From contig CM119268.1 of the NCBI GenBank assembly GCA_051294375.1, forward strand, positions 2,725,292 through 2,789,291: a stretch of 64,000 nt of DNA, read 5' to 3'. Shown here one piece after another: positions 51,119-64,000 of this stretch (position 1 is the stretch's first letter; each line of letters begins with the position of its first letter). Below the pieces are notes generated by a model that saw nothing but the letters and a program-made list of their open reading frames with translations, ran no database searches and had not been told where the DNA came from. The stretch comes from Paraspadella gotoi. Taxonomy: Eukaryota > Animalia > Chaetognatha. A program made the translations under genes and the position numbers.

Positions 51119-51727
51119 GAATAGTGAGGAAGAGTGGTATCGGAATGGCGAAGAAGTGTGGCAACTTAAAGTTGTTTTTTTTTTCATTTTTTAGGAAAAG
51201 TTACAGCAGTTTCCTTGAAGCACGGCGCGGTGGGATATTTAATAATAATCGTCATTGTTTATTAAATCAACAAATACTGACGCAGCGTAATGACCGAGAA
51301 AATCTGCGAAGCAATCATAAAAAAAAAATCAAGCGCACAGTGATTCAATATCGTTGCGAAACACAATGACACTCCGCCAAAGAGAAACGAAAAACTTGTT
51401 GGTAATTCCAGAGACAACGACACCACTATCAACAGCAACAACAACAACGACAGCAACAACAACAACGAAAAATCCCGGAGAAGAAAAAGAGATACAAGTT
51501 TTCATGATGATCCGGCGATTTTTTGATGTAACGAGACTCGCTATGTAGGATGGAGGAGCGAGGGGTCTTGATGGAGTCGGGTTTGAGGGATGGAGCGAGG
51601 TGGGGGCTGGGTCGGGAAAGGAGGGTTTAGCGCTGGAGCGATGGAGCCACAAAAGTGGCGTTTGAGTAATGGAGCCGCGGTGATTAGTATTTTGAAAGAG
51701 GAGAAGACAGGAATTCAAGTTTTTAAG

Positions 51728-52010
51728 TGATGGAGCGGAAGGCAAGAAGTTCATTTCTCAGCGCTGGAGCAAGTGGAATCAAGGGTAGTTTAGAGCGATG
51801 GAGCGGAAGGCAAGAAGTTCATTTCTCAGAGCTGGAGCAAGTGGAATCAAGGGTAGTTTTGAGCGATGGAGCGGGAATCTAGACAGTTCATTTCTAAGTG
51901 CTGGAGCTAGAGGAATCAAGGGTAGTTTGAGCGATGGAGCGGGAAGCTAGAAGTTCTATTTCTAAGTGCTGGAGCTAGAGGAATCCGAGGGTAGTTTTGA
52001 GCGATGGAGC
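51728..52010 (+). repeat. 68-bp minisatellite x4 built on a GATGGAGCG/GCTGGAGC core
   Basis: GATGGAGC starts at 51729, 51797, 51865, 51933 and 52003; degenerate cores upstream from about 51549. Confidence 0.92.
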
Positions 52011-52245
52011 AAATAAGAAGAATGAGAATGAGCGATGTAGCGGAGTGGTGGCAAGAATGGTTCGACTCGAACGACGGAGTGGGAGAGAGAGAGAGAGAGA
52101 GTAAGTAGCTAAGTCTATTAAGAATCTTTGGCCAGATGAAAAAAGACGCAAAGAAAATGGAGTCGGGTCCAGAGAGGCGTGCCTCGGGAAGACCGTCCGG
52201 GATTGCGGAGTGGGGTGGGGGCGGTGGAGGGGAAGAAGGTGGGGG

Positions 52246-52447
52246 CGGTGGAGGGGAAGAAGGTGGGACGTCCCTGCAAGTCGCAAGAAAGCCCGGGCGG
52301 GACGGCGGAGTACAAAGTGGGGTGAGGGAGTCGTCCCAGGGACGGTCCCCACAGATTTCGTGGCATCGGACTCCACGCCATTGTTTTTTCCGTGGAGATT
52401 CTAGTAAGTCTTAAGTTTTTCTCTGGATCCTAGTCTGTATATCTCTG

Positions 52448-52478
<31 letters not shown>

Positions 52479-53531
52479 TTACAAAGCATAAAAAAGGTTT
52501 GAGGGAACGAGAGACGTCATAAAAAAAAGGAAAATCGAGAGGAACGAAGAGTGTTGAGAATTGAAAGGGTGTCGGAGACGCGAGATGCTGGAGTGCTGGA
52601 TCAAAACCGATTGATGGGGAAGTTGGAGAACGGAACCTAAGGGGTCGACGGACTCGTCCTAGGGTCGGCTGGGATAATGTTTGAGGTCAGGAATCTTTTT
52701 TTCGTTTTGTATTTTTGGTTTCTACGTGTTTTTTTTTTTTTTACAGAATATTCGCTAATCAGTTATATTTTTTAATACTTTGATTTATTTAAGGATGAAA
52801 TTCTTTTTTCCCTTCTTTTTAACATTTTTTTTTCAAACATCTTCCTTTCCTCCAATTTCTATTTTCCTTTCCTCCCTTCTTTTTCTTCTTTCCTCCCTCT
52901 CTTATCTCCTACTCCTTTCCTCCCTCCATTTTCTATTTCTCCTTTTCCCTCTCTCCTTTCCTCCCTCCCTCCCTTTTCTCTTTTTCCATTCCTCCCTCCT
53001 TTTTTTCCCTCCCTTTTCTCTTTTCTTTTTTCTCCCTCCCTTTCCTATTTTCCCTTTCCTACCTCGGTTCAGCATTTCTAGAGTCGGGTTACTTAACTGA
53101 TCATGACAACGACGACGTCTAAAGTTTATGAGTCCTGATGATTAGGATGAAACTTGGTCCGCCATAACGGGTAAGGACTGGAGGTAAGTAAGGCAGCACG
53201 CCTCAGGAAAAGTCGATCGTCTTCTGAAACTTAACGGGTTTAATTTTTTTTTTCTGTTCTCGTGTTTTTATGCTATTCTATTGTGAAATAGATATAAAAC
53301 AGTTTATTTTTGGGGGGTATTTAGTTTTTTTTCTTCTCTTTTTTGAAAAGAGTATGAAAGATAAAGCCGTTTATGAATAAATAAATCTAAATCGTTGGTA
53401 AATAATGCAAATTGAAAAAAATGATACAAGTTGAAAAAATGATGCAAGTTGAAAAAAATGATTAAAGCTACTAGTTGTTTCAATCAGCACGACGAAGTAA
53501 AGCAGACAAAATATTTCCAAGCAAACTTTGT

Positions 53532-53580
<49 letters not shown>

Positions 53581-53892
53581 TGAAATAAGCCTGGAGATTA
53601 AACAGAAGATTCAATTTTTCTCAAAGCAACCACGAACAGGCGAACTCTCCAATCATCCTATCGAACCGGTTTCTTAGACTTGATTTACTCAACGACTTTT
53701 GCCGACTTTCCACGTTTAATTTCTGTCACTAAATAGTTACAAAAAGATCAAAATAACAAATTAAAATGTTTTATAAAATAAATTACTCAATATTTGCCCT
53801 ATATTCTTCTACATTTAAATGTTGAAATAATATAGATCGAACCAAATTTTTTAATAATTCAAGAAAATAATTAGAAAAAAATATCATTATAC
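52246..53892 (+). repeat. Fukutin upstream region, copy 1 of a ~1.7-kb duplication
   Basis: Colinear with 62263-63997. Confidence 0.9.
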
Positions 53893-54134
53893 TAGTTTAG
53901 TTTAAATCGTATCCCTGATAATAATTTAATGTTAATAATAACTAGTTTAGTAAGCAAGTCAAATTTTCTATATTAATCATTCGGACAATGATTATTCTCA
54001 TTGCTGAGAAATCGCTTTCTCCAACTAGTTCGTTTTAGTATTTGAAAATTGTAAATACTCAATATACCACTATTTTTTCGCCAAAACCAAAATTTCACCA
54101 AATAAACGAAGTTAAGAAGCTGTTAACCCTAAAA

Positions 54135-56259
<2,125 letters not shown>

Positions 56260-56895
56260 TCATTTATGAATAATGATTAATAGTAAATGCTAGTAAAATT
56301 CACTGTATGTGAAAGTTAATGTAGTGAATTACAATTATTTATTCCTAATTATGCCAACCTAATTTCCTCGTTCGTGACCTTGTTTGGTAACCAGCCAAAT
56401 TGCTCAATATTTTGTTGCACTCTTTTCATAAATTATACAATTCAATTTTTAAGTAAATTGATAGTCAATTTTTTTATTACTAAGATCTTTGTGATTAAAC
56501 AATAAGCTATAAGTAAGTTATTCAACTAGTCAGGAGAATCAATTGGTTAAATTTAGTTAACGATGTTATAATTATAATTCGTTAGCGATCAACTATGAAT
56601 CCCACATCTTTTCCTTTCCCAGTCTCCGTCCACACTACACACCCGAATCGACTCACCCAATTTCCTCACCCTTTTCACTCCCGATTCTCCCCAGGGGTCG
56701 CGCGTCGAGAGAGCAGATCGCCGTCAAGAAAAAAAAGGGGATCCAATTAAGCGTCTTGGGTTTCAAAGAAACCAAAACAAAAATTCGATGACACAAGAGA
56801 GTTTTCTCTCTCTCACTCTCTCACTCTCTCACTCTCTCTCTCTCACTCTCTCTCTCTCTCTCTCTCTCTCTGGTCCCGCGTGGATTCATTAAGGA

Positions 56896-56959
<64 letters not shown>

Positions 56960-57411
56960 TTTTTAGGGTTCGGTTGTTTGTGTTGGAAGAAGCTCGATAG
57001 ATTCACTCGACGAAAATCGTTTGCGGTTCTTTAACTCGAGAATCTCAATTTTTAAAAGTTTTTTTTTCTTTCCCCGATTTTTAGGATCCTCCTTTTTTAG
57101 TTGAAAAGGGTTGTCCTTGATAATTTATGGCTTTTAACCTCTCTTTTTGAAAAAGGCCCTTTGAAAGAAGCGCGCATGTACGAATTTATCGGTCATAGAA
57201 CGCCGAGGTGTAATCAAAAACTTTTGTCGATTTCGAAACTCGAATATTTTAACAGCGACGAAGAGAGAATTAAAAAAAATCTTTTGACGAGTCAATCGTA
57301 AAAAATGATCGTTAAAAAATCCGAGGACGAGAAAAATATTTCCAATTCGACTCTTCCTAAATAAACAGGGCCAATTTTATGCCAAGGATTTTGATCAAAC
57401 GCGATTGAATT

Positions 57412-57507
<96 letters not shown>

Positions 57508-59455
57508 TTTTGACGGCTGTCGTTGAGTTAATAAAGATCAAACAATCCCAGGCGGAATATTTTGAGTCGTAATTTGAATTTTAAACCAACGCCTCTGGAA
57601 AATATGGCGTCGGGATTCATAAATAAGAAAATGTCTTTACTGAAAAAAAGAAATTTTGAAGAGGGATTTAGTTACGTTAGCTTTGATCTATCAAAATACA
57701 GTTCTAAAATGATCATACGGTGAGACGGACAGATAGACTATACCACTTTCTAAAAAGAAATCTGGACAAAATAACCAAAATAAACATGGTTTATTTTAAG
57801 ATGCAGTTAATTTTGGGTGCAACCGAAAAGAGTTCCTCATGGTCCGAGATTTTTTCAAAGATCATTTTCTTTTTCTTGTTTTTTTCTTTAATTTATTTCA
57901 GTTTTTTATTTTCTTTGACTAAAGTCACGAACTGCAAATCTGCTTGGGAGAAAGAATTTTTAGAGTCTTGACAGCTTCGGAAAAATTCTTGGCAGCTCTC
58001 TCTCCCAGAGTCGATCTGATTATTAATTTTTTTTTTATTAAAGAAAATGTATAACTTTGTTGTTGTTTTTTTTTTTTTTCAAACTGAAAAGTAATGAAAA
58101 CATTATCTTTTAAAAATTTTAAAAAGTCTTTCTTTTTTTTTCTTTTTTACTCTTTTTCTTTCTTTCCTTCTTTCTTTCCTTCTTTCTTTCTTTCTTTCAG
58201 CGGCTCCTTGCCGTCAAATTTATTTCTTACCAGCACAAAACCGATCGAATAAAAAAATAGAAGAGAAAAAACCTCAGATTTTCATCACATTTTCGTGGCA
58301 GAAAAAAAAAATCGAAGGAGATTTGAGGTGGAAGTGGTTTTCGGGACCCTTGGGACACAAGGCCCGGGACGGAGTGGACCATTTTACATTGGGGTGGGGG
58401 AGAGAGAGAGAATGGGGTCTAAAGCGAAATGGTAGCAAAAGTTGCTCAAAGACATAAATACGAAGGAAGGGTAGACAAAAGATCAGCCTGCTTCATGGGG
58501 CCAATAATTAAAGACATTGGATAGGGAAACAATTTTCATTGACCAAGCAATGCTTGTACGAATATATCAAGCACAATTTTAATCATTGCTAAGTAGCAGG
58601 GCTATGACGGCAAGTCGGAGCAATTTGAGTTGAAAGGTAGGATGGATGCCATCGGATGGTCTTCAACGGGTCTAACATTCTCCATTTCAGGAAAGAGACC
58701 AATCGGATCCGTCTATCTGTCTATCCCTGCGATGATAAGAAAACGGGAATGGCTTTATGACTTTGCTAATCCCGAGTTGGGTAAAGAGGGGAAGAGGGAA
58801 GGTGGGGTGAGGGAAGGTAGGGTGAGGGAAGTGGGGTGAGTGGGTAGGGCGCTGTTTCGTATTTTTTTTCGGGTGGAAGAAAGAAACACGAACTTCGACG
58901 AAACGAAAAAAAAAAAAGGATCGGAAAGCGAAGCAGATGCAACCGAAGAGGTTTTATCTCTTTCCTCTTCAGCGCAGATTATGCGCTCAATTGGAAAAAA
59001 GATTTTGCGGTGGAAATCGAAGAATAGGAAAATGTTGATGTGGAAGAATCGTTAATAAAAAGATATTGTTGATATTTATATTCTATTATGTTTTGTTTTG
59101 TTTTTTTTTGTTAGGGGGCCGATTAGAATTTTTGCGCGATCGATTCGTATCGGATTTTTATTTTTACCAAAGATCGATTATCGTAATAAAAAATAAAATT
59201 CGATCGAAAATTTTGTGTATTTGGAGGAAAAATATGAGAGGATTTTAATTTTCCTTCTTTTTCCACTTTTGGTTGAGAGAATTAAAAGTTTGACAGAGAA
59301 TGACGGGAAATCAAAATATATATCCTTGCTTTTCTTTTTCTTTAATTTGAACAATAATATTGTTTCGTGTCAAGTCTTTACATTTTAACTTGTTTTTCTT
59401 ATTATTCCATTTGTTTTAATTAGTTGACGAAGGGATAGTTGACGATTCGATTCTG

Positions 59456-59549
<94 letters not shown>

Positions 59550-61134
59550 GACCCCAGCGTAATATATCCAAAGAGGAAATAAAAATATCAAGAAATAAAA
59601 ACATCAAAAATCTTTTTTTCTCTTTTAAAAGAAAAAGATTCGCCGATTTTGACATTTCGATCGCATCTTTACATTTTTTTTCTCATTTGAGAATAGAACT
59701 TTAAAAAAAATCCATCAGGAAAAAAAGAAAGAAAAGAAAAGAAGAGACGAGAAAGATTTTTCGTGGGTGGGGAAAAAAATGAAAAGTGTTTTGAGAAAGA
59801 GAAAGCTCTCTTCGATTTAGTAGGAAATGCTTTTTCGATTAATAAATATATTTATGTTTAAGGAATTGTATAAAATCGCATAATAACAATTTGTTGTTTT
59901 GTTGTTTAAGGACAGGTAAAATATCACAGAATAACCATTTTAAGTGGCATCGGTCAAGACTGATCAAAGTTGGTAACTATCGCCGATCGCCGATATTGCA
60001 ACGAGAGAGAGAGAGAGAGAGAGAGAGNNNNNNNNNNNNNNNNNNNNNNNNNNNNNNNNNNNNNNNNNNNNNNNNNNNNNNNNNNNNNNNNNNNNNNNNN
60101 NNGAGAGAGAGAGAGAGAGAGAGACAGAAATACAGAAAGACAGAAAAAGAGAAATAGAAATATTTTTTGTAATTTTAACGATTAATTTTTACGATTTTCG
60201 TTCAAGTTTTATTTCATTATATGCGGAGACATAAAATTTAAAAAGAGGCGAAAAAAAAAGAACCTGATTTAGTCGAGGATACAGAGAGAACCGTTTGTGC
60301 GATGTCGATGTAAGTTGATGAGCCGGTGGTCGTTTTTGGTTTTCCTTGTAATTGTTTCTGGGTTTTTCTGAAAATATAATATGATAATATAACGATGATT
60401 ATCATATCATATCCAAAACTCTAATTATTTTATTACTATAATCAAAATGTTTTTAATAAATTTCTTCCGTCATTTAATTTTTTTGGAGTCACCATCGTCG
60501 TCGTTCTCGACGTCGTCGTCGTCATCTTCATCGTCGTCGTCGTCGTCGTCGTCGTCATCGTCGTCTCTCGTCCTCGTCGTCGTAAAACTTTATTGCCACG
60601 AAATCATCGACTCGTTGACAGAATTAAGAGCGAAAGGAAAAAAAACTCGTAAAACCCTGAGCATCTTCATTTTAATAAATGTGTTTTTTTTTTAAGTCTA
60701 GATGTTCGAGTATTTTTCGTAACAACGACGACGAAAGACGAACAACAACAACAACAACAAAGACGAACAACAACGACGACAAAGACGGAACGCCCTCGCT
60801 CGTTCATTCACACGGTTTTCAAATAAAAGTCGAGAAACAAATGGGCAATCGTCGGAGACGAGGTGACATACTCAAAACAAACCAACTAAATTTATCATGT
60901 TATGATATCGACTAAATTGAAGTTTTGTACTAATTATATAATCGAGGCGAAAACCTTTAGTAAATTAGAAGAATTGTGAGCGAAAAGAAAAAAACCGCAG
61001 CTGCAATATTTATTTTTTTTTAGTTCGTGCAATTTTCAATTTTGAAGAATTTTTTTTTTTTTGGTAAGGAAATAGTGCGTGGAGTTTGTAGGTAGAGAGA
61101 AGAGAGGGGGATGAAATAGGTAGTTAATAGATGG

Positions 61135-61186
<52 letters not shown>

Positions 61187-61199
61187 AGAGAGAGAGAGA

Positions 61200-61236
<37 letters not shown>

Positions 61237-61365
61237 TAGAGAAGGAAGATTGCGAAAAAAACATAAAGCGAACAGAGAGCGTGATAGTGAGAAGCCATAT
61301 GGAATACTGGTCTGTGAATTTTGAATGCGGTGCAGCGGAATGAAGCTTATTCACTGGGGAGTTGA

Positions 61366-61404
<39 letters not shown>

Positions 61405-62262
61405 AGAGAAGAGAGAGAGAAGAAGAGAGAAGAGAGAGAGAGAGAGAGGAAGAGATCGAGGAATGTGAAGAACTCTCCGCTTCACGACGGCCTTTGAATA
61501 ATTCACTCTTCACATTTCACAGACCAGAGAAAATTGATCTGTTTTGCGCGGAGATATGTAAAAAAAAACGTAAACAATAAACAATAACGCGACGAGAAAA
61601 GTCAATTTAAATATGGAAAATATTGAACAAAGAAATCATCGAGTTGAGTTTTGAATCGAAAAGCGATATTGCTGGGGAGAAAATTCCTCAATTAATTTTT
61701 CCATCTTGGTTTTATTTTCGAATTTAAGGAAGTCGAATTTTTATTCATTTAAAAAAGTTTAAGATAATATTGTACGATGGAAGGAGACATTGACATTGAC
61801 TGTTCAAAGTCAGCGGCAAGTTAGTTTGTTTTATAAATGAAATGATTAAATTTAGAAAGGTTCTACTAATTTCATTGTTATGTTCTAGACGTGCCACCTC
61901 GTTACACTCATAATACTTCTCCTCTGCCTTCTCCTCTTCCTCCTCCTCCTCCTGATCCTCTGAAAGTTATTTCAAAATTCATCTTCTAGAATCTAAATCA
62001 TCACAAATCGTAAGAAAAACCTCACCGACTTTGTTTTTTTCTAAAACAGAGAACCATCGTCTTCGTGAAGGTTGAAACGCGAAAAAAATACAAGGGGAGA
62101 AGTCGGAGGGAAAAAATTAACTGGGAAATTATACTGAGAAAAAAGAAAGAAAAAGAAAAAGAAAATTGGCTAAAAACGCGTTTGGTCGATTATCGATGGG
62201 AGAAGAAAGATTTAGTTGATGAGTCGAGAGGAAGAAAAAAACAACGAAGAGAGATGTTGGAG

Positions 62263-62513
62263 CGGTGGAGGGGAAGAAGGTCGGCGCGGCGCGAGAGGGA
62301 AGACAGGTGGCGACGTCCCTGCAAGTCGCAGAAAGCCCGGGGCGGAGACCGGGCGGAGTAGCAAAAGTGGGGTGAAGGGAGTCGTCCCACGGGACGGTCC
62401 CACGAGATTTCGTGGCATACGGACTCCAGCCATTGTTTTTCCGTGGAGATTCTAGTAAGTCTTTTAAGTTTTTTCCTCTGGATCCTAGTCTGAATACTCT
62501 CTGTCTCTGTCTC

Positions 62514-62544
<31 letters not shown>

Positions 62545-63997
62545 TTACAAAGCATAAAAAAGGTTTTGAGGGAACGAGAGAGTCAATAAAAAAAGGAAAA
62601 CTCGAGAGGAACGGAGTGGTTGAGAAATTGAAAGGGTGTCGGAGACGCGAGAGTGCTGGATGCTGGATCAAAACCGATTGATGGGGAAGTGCGAGACACG
62701 GAAAACCTAAAGGGGTCGACGGACCTCTCCTAGGGTCGGCCTGGGATAATGTTTGAGGTCAGGAATCTTTTTTTCGGTTTTGTATTTTGTTTCTACGTGT
62801 TTTTTTTTTTTTTTACGAATATTCGCTAATCAGTTATATTTTTTAAATACTTGATTTATTTAAGGAATGAAATTCTTTTTCCCTTTTTTAACATTTTTTT
62901 TTCAAAACATCTTCCTTTCCTCCTAATTTCCTATTTTCCTTTCCTCCTTCTTTTTCTTCTTTTCCTCCCCTCCTTATCTCCTACCTCCTGTTCCTCCCTC
63001 CATATTTCTATTTCTCCCTTTTCCCTCTCTCCTTTCCTCCCTCCTCCTTTTCCCTTTCATCTTCCCCTTCCTTTTTTCTCCATCCCTTTCTCTCTTTTCT
63101 TTATTGCTCCCTCCTTTGGCTATTTCCCTTTCCTACTCGGTTCAACGCATTTTAGAGACGGGTTAACTTTAATCTGTATCATTGACAACGACGACGTCCT
63201 AAAGTTTAAATTGAGGTCGTTGATGATTAAGGGATGAAACTTTGGTCCGGCCATAATACGGTAAGGACTGGAGGTAAGTAAAGGCAGCGCACGCCTCAGG
63301 AAAAGTCGATCGTCTTTCTGAAACTTAACGGGTTTAATATTTTTTTTTTCTGTTCTCACGTGTTTTATGCTATTGTATTAATAGATATAAAACAGTTTAT
63401 TTGGGGGTATTTGGTTTATTTTTCTTCTCTTTTGAAAACGCATATGACGTTTATGAATAAATAAATCTAAATCGTTGGTAAATATGCAAATTGAAAAAAA
63501 TGATATCAAGGTTTGAAAATAAATTGCAAGTTGAAAAAATGATTAAACTACTAGTTGTTCAATCAGCACGAACGAAGTTAAATGCAGAACAAAAATTTCC
63601 AAGTCAAGACTTTGGTAAAAAATGACTCTCTCTCTCCTCTCTCCTTCTCGTCTCTCTCTCTCTCTCCTCTATTGAAATAAGCCCTGGAGATTAAACAGAA
63701 GGATCATTTTTTCTCAAAGCAACCACGAACAGGCGAACTCTCCAATCAATCGTATCTGAACCGGTTTCTTAAGACTGTTATTTAGCTCAATCGACTTTTC
63801 CGACTTTCCAACGTTTAATTTCTGTCACTAAATAGTTTACATAAAGATAAAATAACAAATTAAAATGTTTTTATAAAATAAATTACGTCAATATTTGCCC
63901 TAACTTCTTCTACATTTAAATGTGAAATAATATAGATCTAACGCAATTTTTTTTAATAATTTCATAGAAATAATTTAAATAAAAAATATCATTATAC
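62263..63997 (+). repeat. Copy 2 of the fukutin upstream region, running off the window end
   Basis: GACGTCCCTGCAAGTCGCA, GGACGGTCCCAC, GGTAAGGACTGGAGGTAAGT, AACCACGAACAGGCGAACTCTCC and ATATCATTATAC are shared in order with 52246-53892; many small insertions. Confidence 0.9.
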
Positions 63998-64000
63998 ATG

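Noticed and set aside
53130-53160. CTGATGA...GAAAC resembling a hammerhead ribozyme core
   Set aside because: No stem II can form between CTGATGA and GAAA, and the duplicate at about 63215-63245 does not keep the core.
53237-53260. GGTTTAATT resembling the start of nematode SL1
   Set aside because: Followed by poly-T rather than ACCCAAGTTTGAG; no SL RNA structure.

Overview
Eukaryotic (invertebrate animal, possibly nematode-like given TTTCAG-type acceptors; not provable here) draft-assembly window. It is AT-rich, saturated with (GA)n/(TC)n, (TCG)n and other simple repeats, and broken by many N-gaps. Almost all ORFs in the supplied track are translations of microsatellites or gaps. One gene is clear: a three-exon fukutin-like (LicD-family) phosphotransferase on the + strand (54135-56259), with an apparent 1-nt frameshift in exon 2 and a divergent duplicate of the start of exon 3. 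A 64-nt minus-strand exon (5440-5503) encodes HRSKSHESQ, matching the KSR 14-3-3 site, so much of the left part may be intronic sequence of a KSR-like gene. There are two dispersed repeat families (one DINE-1/Helentron-like), many minisatellites, and non-coding islands with clustered motifs (TGACA, GGTCAAAGG, TCACGTGA). Several kb-scale duplications and noisy blocks adjoin exactly 25-N gaps and look like long-read gap-filling artefacts. I found no convincing novel multi-gene system; the best leads are a possible tandem fukutin cluster and the motif clusters.
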